A stretch of DNA of 64,000 bases from Acutalibacteraceae bacterium (GCA_045646545.1 JAZRKV010000031.1:7707-71706); one strand, 5' to 3'. Shown: positions 28,402-37,669, counted from the stretch's first letter. Numbers and translations: made by a program. Notes: generated by a model from the letters alone, not told the origin.

Positions 28402-30780
28402 TTAAAGAGCTTCGATAAATGCTTTTACTGCAGGAAGGTCAGAGATTTTTTCGAACTCGTCACCCTTCTGAATAACAAGAGTCGGTGCCTGCTTTAATTC
28501 AAGCTGAGTTGCAAAATCAATGTTATCTTCTACAAAGAGCTTCTCGTATGAGATACCTTTTTTCTCAAGAAGCTGAGCAGCTATTTTACATTTAGGACAA
28601 GTTTTTGTTGCGAAGAGAATGAATTTTGAATCTGCATCTACTTTTACTTCATCGTCTGCACATTTATCGCAATGAGCATGGTCAACTACTCTTTCGTCAC
28701 GATTAAGGTGTGAATTTGCGATATCATATACTCTTCTGTCTTTAAATTCCTGAGCCTTACCATCGTTAAAGTTCTGAACAGGACGATAGTAACCTGTGAT
28801 ACGGCTATAAACCTCTGTTGCATTTCCGCATTCAGGACAAGTATAAACTTCACCTGCAATATAACCATGGTTGCAGCATACTGAGTATGTTGGAGAAATT
28901 GAGTAGTATGGAAGACGATAGTTTGATGCAATTTTTCTTACGATTTCTGCAGCAGCCTTCCAATCAGGAAGCTTCTCACCAAGGAATGCATGGAATACTG
29001 TACCTGATGTGTAAAGTGTATGAAGTTCATCCTGTGCATCAAGTGCTTCGAAAATATCAGCAGTGTAGCCAACAGGAAGATGTGAAGAGTTTGTATAGTA
29101 TGATGTACCATTTTCGTTAGCAGTGATAATTGCAGGATATCTCTTCTTATCGTGCTTTGCAAAACGATAGGTTGTTGACTCTGCAGGAGTTGCTTCAAGG
29201 TTGTAAAGGTCACCGTAAAGTTCCTGGTAATCTGAAAGTCTTTCTCTCATATGGTTGAGAACGTCTTTTGCAAACTGTTGTGTTTCCTTATGAGTCATAT
29301 CCTTACGGAGCCACTTAGCATTAAGACCAACTTCATTCATACCAATAAGACCGATTGTTGAGAAGTGATTTGTGAATGTACCAAGATATCTCTTTGTATA
29401 TGGATAAAGACCTTCTTCAAGAAGCTTTGTGATAATATCTCTCTTAACCTTAAGTGAACGAGCAGAAATATCCATAAGCTTATCAAGACGTTTGTAGAAA
29501 TCCTCTGCACTTTCTGCAAGATAAGCAATTCTCGGAAGGTTGATAGTTACAACACCGATTGAACCTGTTGATTCACCACTACCGAAGAAGCCACCACTCT
29601 TTTTACGAAGCTCACGAAGGTCAAGACGAAGACGGCAGCACATTGAACGCACGTCACTTGGTTCCATATCGGAGTTAACGTAGTTTGAGAAATAAGGTGT
29701 ACCATATTTTGCAGTCATTTCAAAGAGAAGCTTGTTGTTCTCTGTTTCTGACCAATCGAAATCGCTTGTGATTGAATATGTTGGAATAGGATACTGGAAA
29801 CCACGGCCGTGAGCATCGCCCTCAATCATAATTTCAATAAATGCCTTGTTAACCATATCCATTTCTTTTTTACAATCGCCGTAAGTGAAATCCATTTCCT
29901 TACCGCCAACGATTGCAGGCATATCCTTAAGGTCTGCAGGAACAGTCCAGTCAAGAGTGATGTTTGAGAATGGAGCCTGTGTACCCCAACGAGATGGAGT
30001 ATTTACACCGAAAATGAAGCTTTCAAGACATTTTTTAACCTGTTTGTAATCAAGGTTATCTACTCTTACAAATGGAGCAAGATATGTGTCAAATGATGAG
30101 AATGCCTGTGCACCTGCCCATTCATTCTGCATAATTCCAAGGAAGTTTACCATCTGGTTGCAAAGAGTTGCAAGATGGCTTGCAGGTGAAGAAGTGATTT
30201 TACCCGGAACACCGCCAAGACCTTCCTGAATAAGTTGCTTAAGTGACCAACCTGCACAGTAACCTGTGAGCATTGAAAGGTCGTGGATATGAATATCTGC
30301 ATTACGATGAGCGTTAGCAATTTCTTCATCATAAACCTCAGAGAGCCAGTAGTTAGCAGTAATAGCACCTGAGTTTGAAAGAATAAGTCCGCCTACAGAA
30401 TAAGTAACTGTTGAATTTTCCTTAACACGCCAGTCTGTAACCTTAACGTAGCTGTCAACAAGCTCCTTATAGTCAAGAATTGTTGATTTCATGTTACGGA
30501 TTTTCTCACGATTCTTTCTGTAAAGAATGTATGCCTTTGCAACATCTGCGTAACCCGCCTGAACAAGAACAGATTCAACACTATCCTGAACATCCTCAAC
30601 CGCTACAAGATTATTTGAAATTTTCGGTTCAAAGTTTGCAGTTACCTTAAGTGCAAGAAAATCAATTATATTATCGTTATATTGTTTATTACATGCTTCA
30701 AAAGCCTGTCTTATGGCAATAGCAATTTTTTCGATATTAAAATCTGCAACTTTGCCATCACGTTTAATTACCTGATACAT
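28402..30780 (-). CDS. nrdD: anaerobic ribonucleoside-triphosphate reductase fused to a C-terminal glutaredoxin/NrdH-like domain
   Basis: ATP-cone N-terminus MYQVIKRDGKVADFNIEKI, Zn-ribbon CPECG, glycyl-radical SRITGYYRPV, then KFILFATKTCPKCK..APTLVI. ATG 30780 follows GGAGAA. The upstream part of the track ORF (to 31065) covers the promoter and NrdR boxes. Confidence 0.92.
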   Translation of the reverse strand: MYQVIKRDGKVADFNIEKIAIAIRQAFEACNKQYNDNIIDFLALKVTANFEPKISNNLVAVEDVQDSVESVLVQAGYADVAKAYILYRKNREKIRNMKSTILDYKELVDSYVKVTDWRVKENSTVTYSVGGLILSNSGAITANYWLSEVYDEEIANAHRNADIHIHDLSMLTGYCAGWSLKQLIQEGLGGVPGKITSSPASHLATLCNQMVNFLGIMQNEWAGAQAFSSFDTYLAPFVRVDNLDYKQVKKCLESFIFGVNTPSRWGTQAPFSNITLDWTVPADLKDMPAIVGGKEMDFTYGDCKKEMDMVNKAFIEIMIEGDAHGRGFQYPIPTYSITSDFDWSETENNKLLFEMTAKYGTPYFSNYVNSDMEPSDVRSMCCRLRLDLRELRKKSGGFFGSGESTGSIGVVTINLPRIAYLAESAEDFYKRLDKLMDISARSLKVKRDIITKLLEEGLYPYTKRYLGTFTNHFSTIGLIGMNEVGLNAKWLRKDMTHKETQQFAKDVLNHMRERLSDYQELYGDLYNLEATPAESTTYRFAKHDKKRYPAIITANENGTSYYTNSSHLPVGYTADIFEALDAQDELHTLYTSGTVFHAFLGEKLPDWKAAAEIVRKIASNYRLPYYSISPTYSVCCNHGYIAGEVYTCPECGNATEVYSRITGYYRPVQNFNDGKAQEFKDRRVYDIANSHLNRDERVVDHAHCDKCADDEVKVDADSKFILFATKTCPKCKIAAQLLEKKGISYEKLFVEDNIDFATQLELKQAPTLVIQKGDEFEKISDLPAVKAFIEAL

Positions 30781-30855
30781 AATTCTCCTTCTTTCTATGT
30801 AAAACTTTTTGTTTGAATTTGTCAGGAATCCACATATCCCGACGTTGCGTAAATG

Positions 30856-30884
30856 ATAATAACAGATAAAATTGCACTTGTCAA
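30856..30884 (-). promoter_or_regulatory. nrdD promoter (TTGACA-17-TATTAT on minus strand)
   Basis: -35 at 30879-30884 and -10 at 30856-30861, read on the minus strand. Confidence 0.55.
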
Positions 30885-30891
30885 CCCCAAA

Positions 30892-30907
30892 ACACAAGAT
30901 ATTGTGT
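30892..30907. promoter_or_regulatory. NrdR box
   Basis: ACACAAGATATTGTGT is a near-perfect 16-bp palindrome (one central mismatch) matching the NrdR consensus acaCwAtATaTwGtgt. It abuts the -35. Confidence 0.7.
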
Positions 30908-30933
30908 TGTTTTTTTATTTTTTTATTTTTGCA

Positions 30934-30949
30934 ACACAAGATATTGTTG
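30934..30949. promoter_or_regulatory. NrdR box
   Basis: ACACAAGATATTGTTG, 42 bp centre-to-centre from the first box. Confidence 0.65.
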
Positions 30950-31039
30950 GTGATTTGTGAAAATATAGCAATAATGCACACATATATGTTCTTTCTTTTG
31001 TACAACATTACTTTATTTTGTTTATAAAGAAAAAAAGAC

Positions 31040-31055
31040 CCACAACATCTTGTGG
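31040..31055. promoter_or_regulatory. NrdR-like box
   Basis: CCACAACATCTTGTGG palindrome. Confidence 0.5.
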
Positions 31056-31061
31056 TATCCA

Positions 31062-31077
31062 ACACAAGATATTGTGG
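31062..31077. promoter_or_regulatory. NrdR box
   Basis: ACACAAGATATTGTGG, 22 bp from the previous box. Confidence 0.65.
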
Positions 31078-31108
31078 CTAAAAACTCATTACATATTATA
31101 TATTGACC

Positions 31109-31798
31109 CTATATCCCTCTGATTTGTGCATTGGGAACATAATTTCTGACTACCGCCAACATATCTTCCATCTCTGTTTTGGAAACCCCTTTACAGGTCG
31201 GGTCAATAAGGTTGCCTGAATCAACAAAATTCTGTAAAAAATATTTTTCGTCACCCTGTATCCATTCAGCAAGTTTTTCCATATCCTGAACAGTATGGAA
31301 ATTCGCAGTTACCGTTGTACGAAACTCAAAGTCAACGCCGCTGCTTTTAAGAAGCGCCACACTTTCTTCAACCGGTGTGATATCAAAGTCTTTTATACCT
31401 ACCGTTTCACCGTAACGCTCCTTACAGTTTTTGATATCCATAGCAACGTAATCCACAAGACCTAACGAAAGGATATCCTTTAATTTATCAGGAAAACTGC
31501 CATTTGTATCCAGCTTTACGGCATAGCCCAAATCCTTAATTTCGTATATAAAACGTTCTATATCCTTTTGCAACAACGGCTCTCCGCCTGTAATCGCAAC
31601 ACCATCAAGCACATTTTTACGTCTTTTGAGGTGAGCAAAAATCTCCTCTTCGGTATATTCATCATCACCTATTTGCGTAACAAGCAGTGCATTGTGACAA
31701 AACGGACATCTGTAATTACAGCCCGCAGTAAAAACTGTGCAGGCTGTTTTCCCCGGAAAATCCAATAAAGTCAACGTCTGAAACCCTTTAACAATCAT
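31109..31798 (-). CDS. nrdG: anaerobic ribonucleotide reductase activating protein (radical SAM)
   Basis: CNYRCPFCHN cluster motif and GVAITGGEP, 229 aa. Confidence 0.9.
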   Translation of the reverse strand: MIVKGFQTLTLLDFPGKTACTVFTAGCNYRCPFCHNALLVTQIGDDEYTEEEIFAHLKRRKNVLDGVAITGGEPLLQKDIERFIYEIKDLGYAVKLDTNGSFPDKLKDILSLGLVDYVAMDIKNCKERYGETVGIKDFDITPVEESVALLKSSGVDFEFRTTVTANFHTVQDMEKLAEWIQGDEKYFLQNFVDSGNLIDPTCKGVSKTEMEDMLAVVRNYVPNAQIRGI

Positions 31799-31901
31799 CT
31801 TATCACCTAAAAAATATTATAATAAAATTATATTACACTTTTTCCTTAAGTCAACCGATTTTCACCGAAAATCGTACATTTATACATATTATATAATAAA
31901 A

Positions 31902-31917
31902 TCACTATATTTTGTGT
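31902..31917. promoter_or_regulatory. possible single NrdR box upstream of nrdG
   Basis: TCACTATATTTTGTGT (reverse complement ACACAAAATATAGTGA). It is a weaker match and I found no partner box. Confidence 0.35.
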
Positions 31918-31918
31918 A

Positions 31919-31947
31919 TTTACATTTGAGAAAGTTTGTGATATAAT
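31919..31947 (+). promoter_or_regulatory. sigma-A type promoter (TTTACA-17-TATAAT, TG-extended)
   Basis: Hexamers at 31919-31924 and 31942-31947. Confidence 0.5.
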
Positions 31948-31993
31948 ATCGGTACTAGTAGTATATACTAATCACACTATGGAGGAATTTATC

Positions 31994-32683
31994 ATGAAAG
32001 CAAAAAGAAAAATTGCTGTTTTACTCGTAGCAGTTATGCTTCTTGTTCCTTTCGTTGTTTCTGTTTGTGCAGCAGGCGAAACAATCGTTTCAGGACCAAT
32101 TAAAACAGCGTACACCGACAACGAATATTTCAACCCTCAGGGTCTTGTAATCTCTGTTGACGGCGAAGAAATCGAGTACACACCTATTGACGAAAAATTC
32201 AAATTCGTTCCTGGCCTTGATGAAAAGCTTACAACACAAAACGTTGTGCTTGATTCAAACGGCAACGCTGTGGTTGACGAAACAAATCACAAGGCTTACA
32301 CTGCAGACATCGCTGTTTATTACAACGAAGTTAAAGTTGGCACTGTAACAGTTTCTGTTTCACACGTTTGGGGCGACACAACTTATATGGACAATAACTA
32401 CCACGGTAATTATTGCTTAGGTTGCGGTATTGTTGACGAAGTTACTTTCTCAAAGCACAACGTTAAAGAATACATTCCTAACGATGACGGTGGTTTGTTA
32501 ATCCAACAGACTGAAACAGGCAAATGCGAAGATTGTGGTAACGATATCACAAGAGCTATTGCAGGTTCAGAAAAATTCGATTCAATTTTCACAGGCAACT
32601 ACACAGAAACAGAAGCAACAATTCTTACATACATCAAGCTTATTCTTGTTGGTCTCGTACAATTGCTTGTAGGTATTAAATAA
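31994..32683 (+). CDS. hypothetical secreted Cys-motif protein with C-terminal hydrophobic tail (paralog A)
   Basis: Signal peptide ..VVSVCA/AGE. Motifs SHVWGD, YHGNYCLGCG and CEDCG. Tail ILTYIKLILVGLVQLLVGIK. ATG 31994 follows GGAGGAA. Confidence 0.6.
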   Translation: MKAKRKIAVLLVAVMLLVPFVVSVCAAGETIVSGPIKTAYTDNEYFNPQGLVISVDGEEIEYTPIDEKFKFVPGLDEKLTTQNVVLDSNGNAVVDETNHKAYTADIAVYYNEVKVGTVTVSVSHVWGDTTYMDNNYHGNYCLGCGIVDEVTFSKHNVKEYIPNDDGGLLIQQTETGKCEDCGNDITRAIAGSEKFDSIFTGNYTETEATILTYIKLILVGLVQLLVGIK

Positions 32684-32696
32684 GGAGGAAACAGTA

Positions 32697-33911
32697 ATGG
32701 GTAAAAAAATATTATCAATAGCACTTGTTGCTGTTATGCTTTTCTCTTTCACAAGCATTGGTGTAGGCGCTGAAGAAGCAGCTCCTGAATTAACATTAAA
32801 TAAAACAGTTACAATCACTGTTATGGACTCTTACACACTTACAGATAGTGCTCTTTCACCATTCGGTATTGATATTGAAATTGATGATAAAAAGGTTGTT
32901 GCACTTGACGGTGCTGCAAAGGATTACACAGTAACAATCAACTCAATTTCTGCAGTTGACCCTGCTACAAGTGCAGTTGTAGTTTACGATGAAGAAAACC
33001 CTGAAGAATTCCTTGACGTCTTCAGATTCGAAAATCCTGAAGAAAAATCATCTATTGGTATTACAATTGACTTCCAGGTTGATTTTGCATCTAAAGATGT
33101 ATTTGGTGAGTTAGGCTACACAATCACAATCAACGGCTTCTCAACTCCACCAAGCTTAGGTATTGACCTTGGTAACATGGTTGCTGTTCCAACAGCTATT
33201 CCTTCAACAGGTAAATTCACTGAATTCCCTGCAGTTGGTGATATCTCCATCCTTGTTTCTTCAACAAAGATGAAATACAATGATACAGAATTCGTTGAAC
33301 TTGAAGGCACAAAACTTAACGTTAACACAGTTGTAAACACATATGATAACAACGGCAATATTATTGCAACAACACCTTTCTCTACAGGTACAGTTACATA
33401 TGGTCAGTTAAACGCTCACATGTTCACAACAACTCCTGCTAAGAACGAAAGAATTCCTGCAGGTACATCAGAAATCGTTACTTTCTTCTTTGGTCAGAGA
33501 CTTACATCTATCCCTGTAGTTGTTTCACACGCATGGTCAGATGGTCCTGTATCTATCACAACTGATAAATATTCAGACAATAAGCCAGGCTACCACGCTA
33601 TCGTTTGTAACGGTTGTGGCGAAGCACATGACCCGAAGCCTCACGTTCCTACATATGCTCTTGATGAATTCGGCAATCCGATTTTAGATAAAGACGGCAA
33701 TCCTGTTCAGGATTGGAAATCAAATGAAGATGCTACATTCACAAGCAACGGTACAGCTTCATGTACTTGCCAGGAGTGTGGCGCAACACTTACAAAAGAT
33801 GTTTTAGGTTCAGCACAGTTCAATACTGCATTTGCTAACTACCACTTCCTTATTGTTATCTTCGAATACATCAACTTGATTCTCAGAATCATTGGTGCAT
33901 CTGTTGGCTGA
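32697..33911 (+). CDS. hypothetical secreted Cys-motif protein with C-terminal hydrophobic tail (paralog B)
   Basis: Signal peptide ..SIGVGA/EEA. Motifs SHAWSDG, YHAIVCNGCGEAHD and CTCQECG. Tail FLIVIFEYINLILRIIGASVG. Confidence 0.6.
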   Translation: MGKKILSIALVAVMLFSFTSIGVGAEEAAPELTLNKTVTITVMDSYTLTDSALSPFGIDIEIDDKKVVALDGAAKDYTVTINSISAVDPATSAVVVYDEENPEEFLDVFRFENPEEKSSIGITIDFQVDFASKDVFGELGYTITINGFSTPPSLGIDLGNMVAVPTAIPSTGKFTEFPAVGDISILVSSTKMKYNDTEFVELEGTKLNVNTVVNTYDNNGNIIATTPFSTGTVTYGQLNAHMFTTTPAKNERIPAGTSEIVTFFFGQRLTSIPVVVSHAWSDGPVSITTDKYSDNKPGYHAIVCNGCGEAHDPKPHVPTYALDEFGNPILDKDGNPVQDWKSNEDATFTSNGTASCTCQECGATLTKDVLGSAQFNTAFANYHFLIVIFEYINLILRIIGASVG

Positions 33912-33932
33912 TAAATTCCATAATATATAACA

Positions 33933-33968
33933 AACACCGACTAAGTCATTAGATTTAGTCGGTGTTTT
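33933..33968 (+). terminator. rho-independent terminator
   Basis: AACACCGACTAA / TTAGTCGGTGTT stem followed by a T-run. Confidence 0.75.
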
Positions 33969-33975
33969 TATTTAT

Positions 33976-34017
33976 AAAAAAAGTGGAAGCTGATTACATA
34001 AATCTAAGGTTCCACTC
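33976..34017 (-). terminator. terminator for the malic enzyme gene
   Basis: GTGGAA..TTCCAC stem with a T-run on the minus strand. Confidence 0.6.
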
Positions 34018-34025
34018 AATTTTAT

Positions 34026-35195
34026 TTATCTTGTAATACCTTGTTCAATTGCCGCTTTTTTTACCGCTTCTGCAATTTCAAAAGCAACACTTCTATCAAG
34101 TGCAGAAGGAATGATGTTTTCTTCGTTAAGCTCATTTTCAGGAATGTGATTTGCAAGAGCGTACGCCGCTGCGAGCTTCATCTCTTCCGTAATTGCAGTT
34201 GCACCACAATCAAGAGCTCCTCTGAAAATACCGGGGAAAACAAGAACATTATTTATCTGATTAGGGAAATCCGAACGGCCTGTACCAATAACTCTTGCAC
34301 CTGCCGACCTTGCCACATCAGGCATAATTTCAGGTGTCGGGTTAGCCATCGCAAAAACAATAGCATCCTTATTCATTGAAGCAACCATTTCAGCAGAGAG
34401 AATACCCGGTGCCGATACACCCACAAAAACGTCTGCATTTTTTATTGCAACACTCAAATCACCTGAAAGGCCTTGAGGATTAGTCTTTTTCGCAAGTTCA
34501 ATTCTTTCATCACCTAAAGACTGGTCATCAACAGATACAATACCTTTTTTATCCACAAGCACCATATTACTTGCACCTGCGGCAATAAGCATTTTAGAAA
34601 TTGCCGTACCTGCGGCACCTAAACCGTTAACAACAATTCTGACGTCTTTTATATCTTTTTTAACAACCTTAAGTGCATTGAGCACACCCGCAAGAACAAC
34701 AACTGCAGTACCGTGTTGGTCATCGTGGAAAATCGGTATATCACAAAGCTCTTTGAGTTTGCGTTCAATTTCAAAGCACCTTGGTGCAGCAATATCCTCA
34801 AGATTTATGCCGCCGAAAGAACCTGAAAGAAGATATATTGTACGAACAATTTCATCTACATCCTTTGATTTAATGCAAATAGGAAATGCATCAACATCTG
34901 CAAAGGCTTTAAAAAGAGCACACTTGCCTTCCATAACCGGCATACCTGCCTCAGGTCCGATATCACCAAGCCCAAGAACTGCCGTACCATCTGTTACAAC
35001 AGCAACAAGATTGTTTCTGCGAGTCAATTCAAAGGACTTGTTAACATCATCCTTAATCACAAGACAAGCCTGTGCAACGCCCGGAGTATACGCAAGGGAC
35101 ATGTCTTCCCTTGTGTTTACGGGACAACGTGCAACAACCTCAATTTTGCCGTTCCACTCGTAATGTTTATTTAAAGATTGTTCTTTAATATCCAT
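34026..35195 (-). CDS. NAD(P)-dependent malic enzyme (short form)
   Basis: AYTPGVA, VTDGTAVLGLGDIG and NGLGAAG motifs, 389 aa. Confidence 0.9.
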   Translation of the reverse strand: MDIKEQSLNKHYEWNGKIEVVARCPVNTREDMSLAYTPGVAQACLVIKDDVNKSFELTRRNNLVAVVTDGTAVLGLGDIGPEAGMPVMEGKCALFKAFADVDAFPICIKSKDVDEIVRTIYLLSGSFGGINLEDIAAPRCFEIERKLKELCDIPIFHDDQHGTAVVVLAGVLNALKVVKKDIKDVRIVVNGLGAAGTAISKMLIAAGASNMVLVDKKGIVSVDDQSLGDERIELAKKTNPQGLSGDLSVAIKNADVFVGVSAPGILSAEMVASMNKDAIVFAMANPTPEIMPDVARSAGARVIGTGRSDFPNQINNVLVFPGIFRGALDCGATAITEEMKLAAAYALANHIPENELNEENIIPSALDRSVAFEIAEAVKKAAIEQGITR

Positions 35196-35197
35196 AA

Positions 35198-36307
35198 TTA
35201 TTCCTTGTTTGCCTGCATCTTAAGATATGCATTAATAAAGCCGTCGATATCGCCATCCATAACCGCATTGATGTTACCGTTTTCAAAGCTGGTTCTATGG
35301 TCCTTGGCAAGGGTATATGGCATAAATACGTAAGAACGAATCTGGCTACCCCATGCAATTTCTTTCTGAACACCTTTAATATCACTGATTTTATCAAGAT
35401 GCTCACGTTCTTTAATTTCAATAAGCTTAGATTTAAGCATACGCATAGCAACTTCACGGTTCTGATGCTGACTTCTTTCAACCTGACAAGAACAAACAAT
35501 ACCTGTAGGAATATGAGTAAGACGAACCGCAGATGAAGTTTTGTTAACCTTCTGACCGCCTGCACCTGATGAACGATAAACATCCATTTTAATATCTTCA
35601 GGAGCAATATCAACTTCTATACTATCATCAATTTCAGGCATAACTTCAAGAGAAGCAAAAGATGTGTGACGTCTGCCCGAAGCATCAAATGGAGAAACGC
35701 GAACAAGACGATGAATACCACTTTCACTCTTCATATAACCATAAGCATTTTCGCCTTCGATAAGAATAACTGCAGATTTAAGACCTGCCTCATCACCATC
35801 AAGATAGTCAAGAGTAGATACCTTAAAGCCATGGCGCTCACCCCAACGGTTATACATACGGAAAAGCATCTGTGCCCAGTCCTGAGCCTCTGTTCCGCCT
35901 GCACCTGCGTGGAATGTGAGAATTGCGTTGTTAGCATCATATTCACCTGTAAGAAGTGTAGAAAGAGTCATTGCATCTAATCGTGAAACAAATGCGTCTA
36001 CACTTTCTCTGCACTCGTCGAAAAGGCTTTCATCCTCTTCTTCATTAGCAAGGTCAATAAGAGTCAACGTATCTTCAAAAGAACCTTTAAGGTCTTCATA
36101 AGCCTTTATTTTGTTTTTAAGAGATGCCATGTGCTGAGTGATTTTTTGAGAACGTTGTATATCATCCCAAAAGCCGTCCCTTGCACTCTCCTCTTCCAAC
36201 TCTGTAACCTCAGCTACCATTTTCTTAAGACCAAGCGCCTCCGCAAGGTCTATAAGTTTATCCTCATAGCTGTTAAGTTCAAGACGTAATTCTTCAAATT
36301 GAAGCAT
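35198..36307 (-). CDS. prfB: peptide chain release factor 2, single uninterrupted frame
   Basis: SPF motif (RVSPFD), GGQ motif (SGAGGQKVNK) and a start MLQFEELRLELN at 36307. No internal in-frame stop or CTTTGAC-type shift site is present. Confidence 0.92.
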   Translation of the reverse strand: MLQFEELRLELNSYEDKLIDLAEALGLKKMVAEVTELEEESARDGFWDDIQRSQKITQHMASLKNKIKAYEDLKGSFEDTLTLIDLANEEEDESLFDECRESVDAFVSRLDAMTLSTLLTGEYDANNAILTFHAGAGGTEAQDWAQMLFRMYNRWGERHGFKVSTLDYLDGDEAGLKSAVILIEGENAYGYMKSESGIHRLVRVSPFDASGRRHTSFASLEVMPEIDDSIEVDIAPEDIKMDVYRSSGAGGQKVNKTSSAVRLTHIPTGIVCSCQVERSQHQNREVAMRMLKSKLIEIKEREHLDKISDIKGVQKEIAWGSQIRSYVFMPYTLAKDHRTSFENGNINAVMDGDIDGFINAYLKMQANKE

Positions 36308-36704
36308 AATTATATTCCTTTCGTACAGTGTTGTTTTTATAAACACAACACTTGATTACATAATTTTACAAATAAATATTATACCTTAATTATTATAATA
36401 TGTAAAGATGTTAAAAATTAAAAATTTCAAGAAAGCGTAAATAGATATTAACAAATAACAGTTAGCACTAAAAGCAATATAACGCGTATACCGCTTGCGA
36501 AACTCAGTCTTGGAGGAAGGTACCAACACAGATGACGAGCGTTATCTTATTCTTCCCTTTAAACTACGTACCATCAGCCAAACTTTTGCATATTTCCACA
36601 CTCCTGCGTGTGACAACGAAAGAAGTAAACTTCACTTTATTTTACAAATACATTTCAAGTAGCATGGCGATATTATTCGCCGAATAGTGAAAAGACATAA
36701 AGCA

Positions 36705-36738
36705 GAAAAGCACCACCAATATTATGGCAGTGCTTTTC
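36705..36738. terminator. terminator hairpin downstream of the parB-like gene
   Basis: GAAAAGCAC / GTGCTTTTC 9-bp stem. Confidence 0.6.
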
Positions 36739-36829
36739 CGCTTTGTGGATGTGGGGTGTGAAAGAGAAAGATATGGCTTTATATAAACTCCATGAAGATG
36801 GTGTGATTTCTTCAGGGAGAATATATCAA

Positions 36830-37669
36830 TTAAACAACTTGTGTAGTTATTTCTTTAACTACAATTTCATCAGGTTTAGAAATGCGGATAACATATTCAA
36901 AATATGTATCAGTTTCGCTTTTTGCAGTATCCGTTTCTATCCCTGCTTTGCGGATTACATCAACTGCATGATTTAATGTATTTAGAAATATCCGCATATC
37001 TTTATATCCTCGCATCGAGGGTTTATTTTTTGATTTTTTTCGTCTTATAGCATCAGCAACAAGGCGCTCCGTTTCTGAAACGTTAAGGTGTCTTTCTATT
37101 ATTATATCCAAAAGTCTTGAACGCAAATCATTATCAGGTAACACGAGCAATGCTCTTGCGTGACGCTCAGATAGATTAGCACAGGCTATTCTGTCACGTA
37201 CATCTTCGGATAAACGCAGTAAACGTAGCTTGTTTGACAACGTTGACTGGGCTTTACCAAGTTTTTTTGCAATTTCTTCCTGAGTCAATCCATGAATTGT
37301 AATAAGCTTTTCTATGGCAACTGCTTCTTCAAAAAAGTCAAGATTCTGACGCTGAACGTTCTCTATAATAGCAAACAAAGCAGATTGCTCGTCCGAAACA
37401 TCCATAACAACACAAGGCAGCTTTGTAACGCCAACCATTCTTGCAGCACGTAAACGTCTTTCTCCCGAAATTAACTCGTACTTACCGTCCTGAAGCTTGC
37501 GGACATTTATAGGCTGCAAAATACCGTTTGTACGTATGGAAACTGCAAGACCTTCTAATTCGTTATAATCAAATCTTACTCGTGGTTGATGAGGGTTTGG
37601 TAAAATAGCCTCATGAGGTAAAAGTTGAATCTGACAATTGGCTTTGTTTTTTGCGGTTGATTTTAACAT
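36830..37669 (-). CDS. ParB/Noc-family DNA-binding protein
   Basis: ILPNPHQPR..GILQPI.VR....YELISGERRLRAA and an HTH region. It lies directly downstream of rsmG, as noc does in Firmicutes. Confidence 0.8.
   Translation of the reverse strand: MLKSTAKNKANCQIQLLPHEAILPNPHQPRVRFDYNELEGLAVSIRTNGILQPINVRKLQDGKYELISGERRLRAARMVGVTKLPCVVMDVSDEQSALFAIIENVQRQNLDFFEEAVAIEKLITIHGLTQEEIAKKLGKAQSTLSNKLRLLRLSEDVRDRIACANLSERHARALLVLPDNDLRSRLLDIIIERHLNVSETERLVADAIRRKKSKNKPSMRGYKDMRIFLNTLNHAVDVIRKAGIETDTAKSETDTYFEYVIRISKPDEIVVKEITTQVV

Noticed and set aside
30781-31065. 95-codon N-terminal extension of the nrdD track ORF (GTG 31065)
   Set aside because: The extension runs through four NrdR boxes and a TTGACA-17-TATTAT promoter. 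The conserved ATP-cone start MYQVIKRDG at 30780 has a GGAGAA RBS.
37070-37082. parS/NBS-like palindrome CGTTTCTGAAACG inside the parB-like gene
   Set aside because: It lacks the central CACGTG of parS (TGTTTCACGTGAAACA) and does not match the Noc site ATTTCCCGGGAAAT. A single copy only.
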